A DNA stretch of 64,000 nt from Eledone cirrhosa (taxonomy: Eukaryota): positions 43,710,001-43,774,000 of the forward strand of contig OZ024749.1 of the NCBI GenBank assembly GCA_964016885.1. Reading direction: 5' to 3'. Both the position numbers and the translations under genes were made by a program. The stretch's first letter is position 1, and each line of letters begins with the position of its first letter. Shown here one piece after another: positions 27,239 through 41,680 of this stretch. The notes under the pieces were generated by a model. The model worked only from the letters and a program-made list of their open reading frames with translations, was not told the DNA's origin and did not search any database.

Positions 27239-27563
27239 CTTGGGAAGCTGGGCTTCACAAGAACAGAAAGAACACAACTAGTTAGGAAATTACAAGTACA
27301 ACCCATTAATGGAACAGTAAAAATATGTAAAACATTCCAAAAATGTTGCATCTAATAAATGCATATACACATGTACAGAAACTAAGCATATACACATGCA
27401 CACATACAACTCAAAACATCCACATCCACATCTACATATGCATGCATGCAGACATATCTACCTAGTTGATGTTGTGTAAATTCCAATGAGAGAGTCTTGT
27501 GTCTATGTTAGAAACCGACTCTCTCTCTATTGGCAAAAAATTTGTGAAATTATAAAACCAGAA
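27239..27563 (+). mobile_element. Very short 3' end of a second, divergent R4/Dong-like retrotransposon in (CATA)n
   Basis: 27239-27355 translates LGKLGFTRTERTQLVRKLQVQPINGTVKICKTFQKCCI*. This aligns by eye with MTELGFADKKRSSLIHSLQMAAIAGTFKICKTFLRFKG* at the end of 18941-19897. (CATA)n flanks are at 27220-27238 and 27564-27768. Confidence 0.8.
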
Positions 27564-27927
27564 CATACATACATACATACATACATACATACATACATAC
27601 ATACATACATACATACATACATACATACATACATACATACATACATACATACATACATACATACATACATACATACATACATACATACATACATACATAC
27701 ATACATACATACATACATACATACATACATACATACATACATACATACATACATACATACATACATACGGTGATTGATACACACAGTAATAGTTTTTTTT
27801 TCCGGTGCGCTCCCATCGACACAGGCAGAACAAGTTGACCCTCCTGCTCAACGAAACTTACGGCTCTGGTATGGCGTTATATATATAATATATATATATA
27901 TATAATGTATAAAATCAATACAATATT

Positions 27928-28005
27928 ATTACCTCATTACCAGAGGTTTCCCGAATGAGGCGAATACGAAATAAACGACTTCATCCGTTCGTCAGGCGAG
28001 GCAAT
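27928..28005 (-). ncRNA. Type I hammerhead ribozyme motif between (TA)n tracts
   Basis: Minus strand reads attgcctcgc-CTGACGA-a-cggatga...tcattcg-g-GAAA-cc(tct)gg-TA-atgaggtaat. Stem I has 9 pairs and a C-A mismatch next to the core. Confidence 0.65.
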
Positions 28006-28279
28006 ATATATATATATATATATATATAATAGAAAAATTGAGTTTCGTTTATATATGAAAAATATTTATTGCGTATCGACCTGTTACGCGCTTGTCGCAG
28101 AGGATTGGCTCAAGGTGACCCATAGTATTTCACCGTACTACCTACACTATATATATGAGGATCACATAACTCCTTGTGGAGTCGTAGATGCACCGTCAAA
28201 CGGCGTGTCTAGGGCACTTTTAAACCTGGCGGAGCCTAACCCTCTCCAAATCTGAACACAGCCGATTTTTTCTATAGAG

Positions 28280-28455
28280 GAAAAATTGACCTCAGTACTG
28301 GACTGGACTGGACAGTACTGGTACTTTTTTATCGACCTCAAAAGGATGACAGGCAAAGTTGACCCCGGCGGGATTTGAACTCAGTGCGCGCAATGAGGTG
28401 GGATGAACACCGTAAAGCATCCTATCCGACGCCTTAACGACTCTGCCAATTCGCA
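28280..28455 (-). mobile_element. SINE A-related copy with extended tail (tail ~28140-28280 resembles 55235-55360)
   Basis: Reverse-complement core and B-box; shares acggcgtgtct(a/t)gggca with the 55.3 kb copy. Confidence 0.65.
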
Positions 28456-29282
28456 CCATCGTTTAACGTTCATTTGTTGACACTAGCATGGGTTAGACGA
28501 AAATCTGTATTTACGTAGAATTTGAAGGTGAAAATCCTCAAAATATTGACCCCCGAATATAAACCGAACCCTCTTCAACAATCAAGTTTTGGGTCACATA
28601 TTGCTCAGCTTATAATATCAAATATATAATATAATTATGAAGTAAACATCTTAACCACTCGACCATTCCTGCTTCTCTACGACAAAATACATGTCTACCA
28701 ATTTACTACCTCCTTAGTAACAAGAAAATAAAAGCAACATAATACACTCTTCTAAATATGTGTATACTTATTTATATTATTGACATAATTTATAAATAAT
28801 ACACGAATAAAATATATAATATAATTTTCGTTTACTTGAAAATAATCAATAATACTTTTCCATTATTCAAATTTGTTTACAAAAGTTAAAAGTTCATGTT
28901 TGTTTGTTTTCCTCCCCTCATATATATATGTTTAATATTTTTCTGTGTTATTTTACTTTAATTTATATAAACAGTTTTATTTTAAGTGTTCAATAGATTT
29001 CTCGTGCGATTTAGTCGTTGGGAAAGAAAAGCTCCGTCGTTTGAGTAAGACACCATTTGTTTTTGTTTAGTTACAGGTAGTTTAAAAAGGTTTTAGTGTA
29101 ACGAAATAGCCGACTTGAACATATATTTGACTACGAGATCATATGACATTTATTCAGATTTACTCTAAGTCTTTATTATTTATTTATTTTAAATATTTAC
29201 TAGAACACCCGTGTCGTCAATGACGGCAATAGCGTTGAACGTATTTAGGTTTTAGAGTCCAGGATTGGTATGCCACACACAC

Positions 29283-29318
<36 letters not shown>

Positions 29319-29327
29319 GTGTGTGTG

Positions 29328-29497
29328 TAAGAAAATAGTCAGGACCCCGACGGTTCAGTTCGGATCTAGCTGTCGAAACGGCCGGAGCTCAGCCGTCGGG
29401 GTCCTGACTCTTTTCCTATTACCCACTCTACTACCCTAAGTATCGAGTACTTTGGTGCGTTATGGTCCACCTGGTTTCTTACCACTCTTTCTTTGTA
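29328..29497 (+). mobile_element. Penelope-like terminal fragment with short inverted duplication and hammerhead 3' half
   Basis: agtcaggaccccgacgg ... ccgtcggggtcctgact is inverted, and GAAA-cggc(cggagctca)gccg-TC is present. Same family as 13061, 34532, 37490 and 43515. Ends in (TA)n. Confidence 0.6.
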
Positions 29498-29814
29498 ATA
29501 TATATATATATATATATATATTATAAAGAGGAGTAGGGCCCCACAGCTGAGCTCTTGCCGCTTCAACAGTTAGTTCCAGAACTCAGCCATCTGATCTCGA
29601 TCCTTTATAATATAATCATACTCTACTACTCCACGTATATATATAGAGATTACAGGTTATGTGAGTAATTATTCACACTGGGAAATTTGCTAAATTAATA
29701 GTTTGGATAAGAGAAACCCTATAGTTTATCTTGATCAGTGTTATGTGGAAGTGATTAAAGATGAGAACCAATAATTTATTTCTAGGATGTAATTACATTA
29801 AAAAAAAAAAAAGG

Positions 29815-30033
29815 CAACGATCGACTTTCCTCAAATCGGACCGAGGAAACAATGTTTCCATTGGTCTTTCCAATTGCTAATACTATCTATCGGTCGCAAC
29901 TCAAGGTAGAAAGAGCAACGTGAAATAAAGTGTCTTGCTCAAGGACACAACGCATCGCCCGGTCCGAGAATTGAACTCACAACCTCACGATTGCTAATCC
30001 AACACTCTAACCACTAAGCCACACACCTTCACA
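29815..30033 (-). mobile_element. tRNA-derived SINE family B
   Basis: Reverse complement of 34836-35050. Confidence 0.85.
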
Positions 30034-30258
30034 TAATTTCATAAATGTTCAACATATATGTACAAATAACATACAGGATATATATATATATATATATAGT
30101 AGAGAGAGAGAGAGAGAGAGAGAGATGAGTAACTCTGGAGAAATAACTATTCTCAGGGATAAATGTAGGGATAGAACTCAGGACATTATGATTGGAAGAC
30201 GAACTTATTCTAGACTCGTGACAGATGAGATATGCAATGTGTGTACGTGCGCGCCTGC

Positions 30259-30290
<32 letters not shown>

Positions 30291-30761
30291 GTTTGTGCGT
30301 GTAACAAAGACAAATGCATCTGTTTTGAAGTCTATATTTTCATATACATGTCGTAACTAAGATATATGTCTCTGATAGGATTTCAATTTCTGTTACTAAC
30401 CTGTTTGCCTTGTTTACTCGTGGAAGATGACAATCGCAGCTGCTCTTACTACATAGTTAATCCTATTAAAACGATATGCTTGAGTGCAATAGATCAAAAT
30501 GTCAAGCTATCTGTTCCTCGAGAGGTTGACCTTTCCCTTCTCTATGTTACTGGTTGATCAGTCCACAAATCTCTAAACAGGTACCACAGGAAGAAAAAGA
30601 AACACTAGTCTGTTTTACGTTAATTTTTTTTGTTAGATTATCTTGTAGTAGTGTCGTTATATTAATACGAAAGAGTTCTTTTGTATACTCTTCCTCAACA
30701 GTTAGGAAATAAATTACCAGGATAAAATCATGGTATATAAATGGATCTTGAATTGGTGTCA

Positions 30762-30839
30762 GGTCACTCTTGAGTGCTACTGGTAGCATGTAACCCAGTA
30801 CAACCTGTCGCATGGTCGGATCGTCGGCGACTAAACCGG
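30762..30839 (+). ncRNA. Decayed HDV-like ribozyme fold, probably 5' end of a LINE (RTE-like) remnant running to ~31270
   Basis: P1 ggtcac/atggtc, P2 ccagt/accgg, P3-L3 aca-acctgt-cgc (mismatched), GG for P1.1, P4 tcg(tcgg)cga, J4/2 CTAA. J1/2 contains hairpin tgctac(tg)gtagca. Confidence 0.45.
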
Positions 30840-32314
30840 CAACCCTACCAAGTTTACTTGGTGAGGAGGGTGATTTTGGACACCCTGCAGGACAAAAAAC
30901 AAAACCTGACAAACGGCGGAAGAACCCACAAGAATTCCCAATGGCCAACTAAAAAGAAAAAAGAAAATTCCTGCCAAATCAATGGTGGCAGTAGTAACAG
31001 CTGCACGTGTCGAAATACTAGTGTAGTGGTTCTGAGAACAATGCGGCTTTGCAGATGATCAATGCAAATTGACAATGGAAAGGCGCTCCCGCTCGAATTA
31101 GAACAGAACTATTGACCTTCAGGAGAAGCAGTGACCCCTGATTGTATTCAGCAACCGAAACAAATATGAAGTAGACCAAATCCAATGCTCCTAGGGGCGG
31201 CCCTGGTTCTTCTTATTTGCGAGGGTAAACTCGGCCAGATTAGATTAGATTGGATGAATTGGTGAGCGCTAACAAGAGTAAATATGTATGTATGGACACG
31301 AAACTTCTGATCGAGTCGTAGTGGGTTTCATATTGATATACAGCGTTTCTTGAGCATTTTTAATCATGGCAGAGCCCATCTCTCTAGGTCTGAGCACAGC
31401 AGATAGATTTCTTCCAGAGAATGATAGTGACAAAGAGATAAAGAAGAAGAATCTGTTCAAGTATTAGACTAGCACTATTTTTATTGATCATCGCCAAAAA
31501 ATGAAATGCAAAGTTGACCTCGGCGAGATTTGAAGTCAGAGAGCAGAAAGCCAGAACAAATACTGCAAGGCATTCTATCCGACGTGCTAAAGTAAAAACG
31601 TTAAAAGTAAAAATGTAAAAACGTGATATATTGTAAAGAAGAGTAAATTTTTTGGGGGGGAAGAACTTTACAATAGAGAATAAGGGAGTGGCAGAAAAAA
31701 TATTCTTTACAAAGTTAATAAAATAGGAGAATACAATGCTTCTTGTTCACAATTTAGGTGGCATATTTAACAGTGTAAGGCGGTAGCTACAAGTAAAAAC
31801 ATATACAACAAACAAAAGTAGTGGTAGTATATTGTTTATTCTTCAATAGCTCGCTAACACTTATCTGCGTAAGGAGATTAAAACAAGTAAAAACAAACTT
31901 AACACACAGATAGGACAATGACATTGCTTCTTCGAAATCTCGGTGATACTTTCAGTGATGTAGTAGTATAACAGAATAAATGCGTAAATAACAAACACAA
32001 CACACAAAGATTCTAGGTAAGAGGGTATTGCTCCTCCACCTCAGATTCTAGGTAACACTTTCACGAATGTCAAGCAGTAAAAACAAAAGAGGAAACACAA
32101 ACAAAAAATAAAGATAATAAAAAGCTTAGGTGGCTTTTCATTCCAGCCAAAATACACTCAGTAATTTCCCAAAGAAAACAGGCAATTTTTGAAACCACTA
32201 TGTAAGAATTAAAAACTTTCCTCTGTTAAGTAATTTTTTTTTTTTTTTTTGTAAAATAAAATATATTCTGAAAGAAGGAGAAAAGAATGTGATTACTTTG
32301 CAATACACGGCAGA

Positions 32315-32540
32315 ATTACACATAGCAAAATAACTGACCCTTATAAAAATTAGAAGTAAAAAAAATAACAATAATAAAGTAACAAATGAACATAATTATT
32401 TTCATAAACAAGAAATGTATTGTCATGTTTAGTTACACATAGCAAAATAAGTGACCCTTATAAAATTTAGAAGTAAAAAAAAAAATAATAACAATATAGC
32501 ATAATTATTTTCATAAACAAGAAATTTATTGTTATGTTTA
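32315..32540. repeat. ~120-bp tandem duplication
   Basis: ttacacatagcaaaataa(c/g)tgacccttataaaa...ttcataaacaagaaat occurs at ~32317 and ~32433. Confidence 0.85.
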
Positions 32541-33266
32541 GTTATTAAGATATTTTTCCAGTGAGCGGTGTTTCACTAAATTTACTCATGTACGAACCTA
32601 CGTGATTTTAATAATAAACGGTTGATTCTTTTTGCCTTGTAATTATTCTACATTTATCGGATAATTCTTTGGTTCTTTCAGTTTGGTATTTGAAAATTAT
32701 AGGTTACGTTGTTTTATTCATAATAGACCATGTTTGGAAACTAGCAATTATGGTACTTCTTTAACCTGGAAGTGTGTCTACGTGGCAGAATCCCAATCGT
32801 TGATGTTGTCTTCTGATATCAGATACTACTACAATCTTCCAATACTATGTTAAGGCAGTGAAGGCGCCGAAAGTAAATAGCGAAACGAAATAAGCAGAAA
32901 GGAACAAATTTACGGATAAGGTAAAGTCAATTGTGTAGAAGTGTGTGTGGGGGGAGGGGGGTAGAGTCGTTACGGAGAGAAAGTAAAGTCGTTACAGAGA
33001 AGGTAAAGTCGATTATGTTGGGGGTGTATGTTTCAACTCTACGTGTACCGGGTTCAAATTTGCTTCTTTTATAAATAAAATACCAATCAAAGGAGAAATG
33101 GATTTCTGGGATTGTTAGATCGTTTGACGAGATGCTTTGCGGTAGCTGTTCCGCATCTGAGCGTTCTGAGATCCCACTTCCTGTCTCGGTCTTGTGAAAA
33201 GCGTTGACGATTGTCACAAGTTAAGACTGACAGACAGTACCAACAATGGTATGGCGAGTCAACCAT

Positions 33267-33458
33267 AATAATTGTTTCTACTTTTAGCACAAGGCCAGCA
33301 ATTATCCCAGTGCATTACTGGTGCTTTATTTTATCGACCTCGTAAGGATAAAAGGCAAAGTTAACCTCGGTGGGATTTGAACTCAGACCGTAAAGGGGCG
33401 AAACTCAATGCTGCAAAGCATAGCGTCCGACCCTCTACCGATACTGTCAAATACGCCA
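33267..33458 (-). mobile_element. SINE family A, full length
   Basis: Reverse complement of the family A consensus. Confidence 0.9.
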
Positions 33459-34280
33459 CAGGTGTTGTATCTATTCATATATAGCGTATGAGTGTATATA
33501 TATATATGATGGGTTGCTGTCACACAACACCTTAGTGATTATGCAATGTATATCAGCTTCTTTTGAGCAAACTCTCTTACTGAAATATCACACGAGCTAA
33601 AGTTTGTAAATTTTATATTTTCGCTCTGACATTTCGAGTTGACAAAAAATACGATGTTATCACAAATCAAAATCAGAATGATCTCAGATTTAAATATCAA
33701 CTCATATCAAGATCCTATTTTTTTTTTTTTTTATGTCGATTCATAATAATCAAAACAGTTATTATTTGTTTTTATTTCACTTCGAGAAATATTTTAATTT
33801 TATTTATTGGATTCTATTTTCTCACTCTTGGTTGTTGTTTTTTGTTTGTTTGTTTTGTTTTTTTTTGTTTTTTTATCCTAATCTATTTACAATCGAGGAG
33901 AAAACGCTAAAGTACCTATAAAAGTCAAAATAGCCAACAAGAATGGAATCAAATATGAGAAATACATCTTTTCTTTTTCTATCAGTCAGGAAACGAGATA
34001 CCGTTGCCCATAACTGATGTCAATTCCTTCTAGAAATTATAATTTGTTATTCTTTATTATCTTCTCACTTTTCCTCACAGAAATATAAAGGATGTTGGGA
34101 GTAAAAGTCAACACAGTGTTATGATACATTCACAACTGGGATCAAACAATTTTTTTATACAATAAATAAGAGAGACGATTTTATTCGAACATCCCTATTT
34201 ATTGTATAAAACTCCGGATGAACAAAGACCGTGGAATACTTCACGTCTGTTGAAAAATAAGTCGTTAATCAACCAACTTT

Positions 34281-34410
34281 TAAAGAAATTTCTAGCCTGA
34301 TAGTAGGGTTTATAACCCTCGGAGAAATGGAAAAAGATGAGTGTTGCCGTACATCTTTTTCCATTTCTCCGAGGGTTATAAACCCCACTACCAGGCTAGA
34401 AATTTCTTTA
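34281..34410. repeat. Fold-back inverted repeat, 59-bp arms, 12-nt loop, 2 mismatches
   Basis: taaagaaatttctagcctg...aaaaagatg / catctttttcc...aaatttcttta. Confidence 0.92.
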
Positions 34411-34684
34411 GTCTAAAATACGGTGAAAGCTTATAATTTCTAATTTCAAACTCGCGCACCGTTTCAAAAACATACTTAGATGTTTACGTTTATAATTTGC
34501 TCGTATATGTATGTATGTATGTATGTATGTATAACAAAGAAAGTGTGGTGGACCATAACGCACCAGAGTACTCGATACTTAGGGTAAGAGGTGTCAACAT
34601 GAATGGACCTGTTATTTTTATCTAAAGATATTTTTTCAAATTCCACCCCACCCGTCCCTTCAATCTATCTTATTTCTCATTCTT

Positions 34685-34720
34685 TCTTCTGATGAAGGAC
34701 TAGGGTCCGAAACATTAAGA
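34685..34720 (+). ncRNA. Minimal hammerhead-like motif in Penelope-like end (tail to ~34806; tail copy at 54890-54977 minus)
   Basis: tctt-CTGATGA-a-ggac(tagg)gtcc-GAAAC-att-aaga. Stem III is degenerate, probably by GAAACGTT > GAAACATT CpG decay (inferred). Confidence 0.55.
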
Positions 34721-34835
34721 CCTTCTTCCTGCTATTTCAAGCATTAACCTAATATATTCCTTCATATACTGTACCGATTGTGTTGTTATTTCTGTTTACC
34801 TTTTACATATATATTAACATATATATATTTACATA

Positions 34836-35050
34836 TGTGAAGGCGTGTGACTGAGTGGTTAGAGAATTGGATTCGCAATCGTAAGGTTGTGAGTTCGATT
34901 CCTGTACCAGGCGATGCTTTATGTCCTTGAGCAAGACACTTTATTTCATGTTGCTCCTTCTACCTGGAGTTGCGACCGATAGATAGTATTAGCAATTGGA
35001 AAGACCAACGGAAACATTGTTTCCTCGGTCCGATTTGACGAAAGTCGATC
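34836..35050 (+). mobile_element. tRNA-derived SINE family B
   Basis: A-box tgactgagtgg, B-box gagttcgattcc, CORE-like gtccttgagcaagacactt and a hairpin-rich tail. Three copies in the window. Confidence 0.85.
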
Positions 35051-35419
35051 TTTCCTATATATTTACATATATATTAAAATAACAGATTAAAATTTAAGCA
35101 AAGAATCATTGCTTTCACCCTTAACAGGATCTTCAGAAGACCCCGATAATGGTGAAAGCGGCGATTCTTTGCTTAAACTTTAATAAATATTTGCTTATGG
35201 TTTTTATATATTTGATATACATTTATCCTTATCGAGTTCTCTTTGGATTTTAGTCGTCACATTTATTATTATTACTATTATTGTAGAAACAATTATTACT
35301 ATTATAAAGAGTTACGGCCCTTTATGGTCTGAGTTCAAATCCCGCCAAGGTTAACTTTGCCTTTCATCCTTACGGGTAATTGCTGGCCTTGTGCCAAAAG
35401 TAGAAACAATTATTATTAC

Positions 35420-35480
<61 letters not shown>

Positions 35481-35500
35481 CATACGTATATATACATACG

Positions 35501-35562
<62 letters not shown>

Positions 35563-36027
35563 ACATATATATATAAATACAGATGAGTACATTTACATGC
35601 TTCTAAAAATATATGCCGAGCTATTCCCCGTATCGATTACTATACTACTATACATATATGAAAGAGACACCTTAAAAAAAGATATTAAACCAACAAAATT
35701 ACACCACCACCACCACCCACCCTTCCCCTTCTTGAACAATCTCTCAACAAGAATTACTCTATAACACTTTCTCCTTTGCATACATGAATACATAATATGG
35801 TTACTGTACTTTACTAATGTATTCCATAGTGATAACATACTTAGTATGTGTGTGTGTGTCTGAGTTCATATATATATATATATATACGCACATATATATA
35901 TATACGCACACATATATATACACATATATATATATATACATATATATATATGTATATATATATATATACACATATATATATATACATATATATATATGTA
36001 TATATATATATATACACACACATATAT

Positions 36028-36079
<52 letters not shown>

Positions 36080-36189
36080 GTGAGGTTTTTTTTTTTACAA
36101 AATGAAAAATAACCAAGGTGTCCTAAGCAGAAGAACTGCGAAACCAGTAAAGGAACCAAATAAATATATATATATTTTTTTTTTAAATA

Positions 36190-36223
<34 letters not shown>

Positions 36224-36265
36224 AAAAAAAGATGAAATCGAAAATGCAACTGTAGTCTTATTTTA

Positions 36266-36338
<73 letters not shown>

Positions 36339-36609
36339 TATGGGGGTGTACTAAGATTCGTAGGATATGTATGTATATGTATTGTATATATTAACTCGTT
36401 GATGTATCATATATTTGGTGTTACATATAAAAATAGACGTAGAACCAGATGATGGAAATTCGAAAGCATCTGAAGCAGAAAGATATTTATTTGCTGAACA
36501 AACAAAACTACGAGAAAGAATCATCATACCTAACACCAAATATATGAGTGTATGTGTGTTTATATGTATGTATGTGTATGTGTGTATGTGTATGTGGGCT
36601 TGTTTGTTT

Positions 36610-36729
36610 CGCGCTCTCTCTCACTCTCTTTCTCCCTCTCTCTCTCTCAGTCCCTCTTTCTCTCTCTTTCTCACCCTCTCTCTTTCTCTCTCTGTCTCCC
36701 TTTCCCTCTTTCTCTCTCTCTCCCTTCCC

Positions 36730-36779
<50 letters not shown>

Positions 36780-37095
36780 CCCTCTTTCTCTCTCTTACCC
36801 TATTTCTCTGACATTCTCTATCTCCCTCCCTCTTTCTCTCTCTGTCTCCCTGCTCCTCTTTCTCTCTCTCTCTCTCTCAATCCCTCTTTTTCTCTCTTAC
36901 CCTATTTCTCTGACATTCTCTATCTCCCTCCCTCTTTCTCTCTCTGTCTCCCTTTCCCTCTCTCTCTCTCTCTCTCTCTCTCTCGCTCTGTCATTCTCGC
37001 TTTCTTTCTCTTGCTCTATTTCTCTTGCATTCTCTCTTTCTCTCTCTCTCCTTTACTCACTTTCTCTTCTTTCTACCTCTCTCTCATTCTCTCTG
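36610..37095. repeat. (CT)n-rich field with internal ~105-bp duplication
   Basis: Direct; ttaccctatttctctgacattctctatctcc occurs twice. Confidence 0.9.
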
Positions 37096-37489
37096 TATAT
37101 ATATGTGTGTGTGTGTATGTGTGTGGATGCAGTATGGTCAAATGGTTAATAGTTTGCTTCACAATCATCTGGTACCAGGTTCGATACCCCGATGTGGTAT
37201 CCTGCTCAAATGTCATTTAACCTAGCCTCGGTTCAACGTAAATATTTTGAATATAACTGCGAAGAGAGAAATTGTTTGGAAGCTGGTGATCGAACACTGA
37301 TTAGAAGCCCTCAGGTCGATAAAATGACTTCACTTCCCCAAAAACTGTTTAGAATCACTCTGGTCGATGACATTGATTTCTCCTCCCATGAAATATTATT
37401 GAACTTGTGCCTAAATTAGAAATCAGGGGCCGTTAGTTGACAGAATTGTTAAGGAATCAAGTATAATGATATATGTATATATTTATATA

Positions 37490-37660
37490 TGGGAAGTCTA
37501 GATCCGAACTGTTTGGAGTTCGGATCTAGCTTTCAAAACAGCCGGAGCTCAGCCGTCGGTGTCCTGACTCTTTTCCTATTACCCACTCTACTACCCTATG
37601 TATCGAGTACTCTGGTGCGTTATGGTCCACCTGGTTTCTTACCACACTTTCTTTGTTATA
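37490..37660 (+). mobile_element. Penelope-like terminal fragment (family of 13061/29328) with long stem II hairpin
   Basis: ctagatccgaact(gtttgg)agttcggatctag followed by degenerate GAAA, stem III, TC and the family tail; between (TA)n tracts. Confidence 0.6.
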
Positions 37661-37675
37661 TATGTATATATATAT

Positions 37676-37717
<42 letters not shown>

Positions 37718-37766
37718 TGAAAGGATAACAAGGACGATTGGTTACTCCTTCATTACATTTATTGGT

Positions 37767-37854
37767 AGGTGACGCACGTTTCGCCACTGATCAACTCAAG
37801 GTTAGATCTGTATCGATCTTACCCGACTCTGTAATCGGCAGCTCGACGGACCCT
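37767..37854 (-). ncRNA. Degenerate hammerhead fold
   Basis: Minus strand reads gggt-CCGTCGA-gctgccgatta...tgatcagtggc-GAAA-cg(tg)cg-TC-acct. The core heptamer is mutated. Confidence 0.45.
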
Positions 37855-37860
37855 TTAAAA

Positions 37861-37907
<47 letters not shown>

Positions 37908-37983
37908 CCACCACGCTCAGGCGTGAACCTAATACTAACACTTTGTACTGCACTCTTCATTATTGTTTTTGTTTTAACTTCAA

Positions 37984-38064
<81 letters not shown>

Positions 38065-38639
38065 GGACGTGCGATTGTATGTGCATAGTTTGGGTGTGTG
38101 TGTATGTGTGTGTAGGTGCGAGTAGTACCTGTGTATGCGCGTAGTGATATATTTATACCTAAATATGTTATACATTAATATATTATGTGCATAAACATAT
38201 ATACATATTTATTTAGCTACACATACAAATTATGTTCTTATATGTGTATGTATGTGTCTGTGAGTCTGTATATCTGTGTGAGTTTGCCAACAAGTGTGTG
38301 TAGGTTTCTGAACATGTGTGTGTGTATATATATGTGTAACTGTATTTGTATGATAGTGTTTCTATAGATGTCTATGTATGTATATTTTATGTTACACCAA
38401 AACTCAAAACAATTTTGCACATTATTCTATGTTTATTATATATTCCTATTATTAGATCAAATCCCGCCGAGGTTAACTTTGCCTTTCATCCTTACGGGGT
38501 CGATAAAATAAAGTACCAGTAATACACTGGGTATTTGCTGGCCTTGTGCCAAAAGTAGAAACAATTATTACCAGTACATATAATAATATAGGAATATACA
38601 CAAAAATGACACAGGCACACACACCATAAAATGTGTGTG

Positions 38640-40000
<1,361 letters not shown>

Positions 40001-40214
40001 TTTAATCCAGTATAGTTCTTTTCTTTCCCTCATTCCTCTGTTTCTTTCCTTCTGTCCTTCCTTCCGCTCAGTCACCAGTGAACGCGACAAGAGGTTTCAA
40101 TGAAGCCGATTTAAGTTGACACGTAATCTAATCTGAAAAACGCTGAAACCATCACACTGAAGGACATAATCCTGATGAAAGGATATAAGTCTATCACTGG
40201 AATATATCTACACT

Positions 40215-41000
40215 GATACAACAACAACAACAGCAGCAACAACAGCAACCATATCAACAACAGCAACAACAACAACCATATCAACAACAGCAACAACAAC
40301 AACCATATCAACAACCATATCCACAACAGCAACAACAACAGCAACAACAACCATATCCACAACAGCAACAACAACAGCAACAACAACAACCATATCCACA
40401 ACAGCAACAACAACAGCAACAACAACAACCATATCCACAACAGCAACAACAACAACCATATCCACAACAGCAACAACAACAGCAACAACAACAACCATAT
40501 CAACAACCATAACAACAACAGCAATAACAACAGCAACAACAACAAACATATCAACAACCATAACAACAACAGCAATAACAACAGCAACAACAACAACAAC
40601 AACAATAACGACATCAACAACAGCAACAATAACAACAACAACAACCATATCAACAACCATATCCACAACAGCAATAACAACAGCAACAACAGCAACAACA
40701 ACAACCATATCAACAACCATATCCACAACAGCAATAACAACAGCAACAACAGCAACAACAACAACCATATCAACAACAGCAACAACAACAGCAACAATAA
40801 CAGCAAATACAACAACAACAACAACAACAATAACGACATCAACAACAGCAACAATAACAACAACAACAACATCTACATCCATATTAATAACAACAACAAC
40901 AACAACAACAATATCAACATTCATATCAACAACAACATCCATATCAACAACAACAACAAGCTAAGCATCATCATCAACAACAGCAACAACATCATCAACA
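40215..41000. repeat. (CAA/CAG)n compound minisatellite with accatatc punctuation
   Basis: Direct. Confidence 0.9.
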
Positions 41001-41029
41001 GCAAAATTAAGGAACTAAATTTAATAATA

Positions 41030-41680
41030 ATAATAATTGTTTCTGATTTAGGCACAAGGCCAGCAATTTGGGGAGGGGAAAAGTCAATGAAATCGATCTC
41101 AGTGCATTACTGGTACTTTATTTTATCGACACCGTAATGTTAAGCGGCAAAGATAACCTCCACGGAGTTGGAACTCAGAACGTAAAGGGACGTAACTATA
41201 TGCCACACAGCATGTTGTCCGACGCTCTACCGATACTGCCAATCCACTGCCCTTCTCTGTGTGATAATAATGCTTTCTTATATAGGCAGAAGACCAGCAA
41301 TTTGAAGGGAAGGGGAAAGGCGATTAAATCGACCCCAGTGCGTGACTGGTACTTTATTTTATCGACCCCGTAAGGATGAAAAGCAAAGCTAACCTCGGCG
41401 GGATTTGAACTCAGAATGTAAAGGGACATAATTATGCTGCACAGCAAGTTGTGCGTCGCTCTACCGATTCTACCAATCCACCGCCCTTCTCTTTGTGATA
41501 ATAATTTTTTTTTAAAAAAAACATGTTACGCTTAGTATCGACTCCATAAGGATGAAAGACAAAGCTAACCAGAGATGGATTGGATCTCAGAACGTAAAGG
41601 GTCATAATTATGTTGCACAGCAATTTGTCCGTTGCTCTACCGATTCTGCCAATCCATGGCCCTTCTCTTTGTGATAATAA
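41030..41680 (-). mobile_element. Tandem trimer of SINE family A
   Basis: Three heads at ~41250, ~41485 and ~41660, each followed on + by ccttctct(g/t)tgtgataataa. Confidence 0.85.

Noticed and set aside
30366-30557. 63-aa ORF with signal-peptide-like start (MSLIGFQFLLLTCLPCLLV)
   Set aside because: No recognisable domain, no good donor site, and short enough to be chance.
40165-40215. Isolated CTGATGA motifs (also 63085 minus, and a GAAAC..GTC half at ~47660-47690 minus)
   Set aside because: The other half of the hammerhead core is missing or cannot be paired, so these were not counted.
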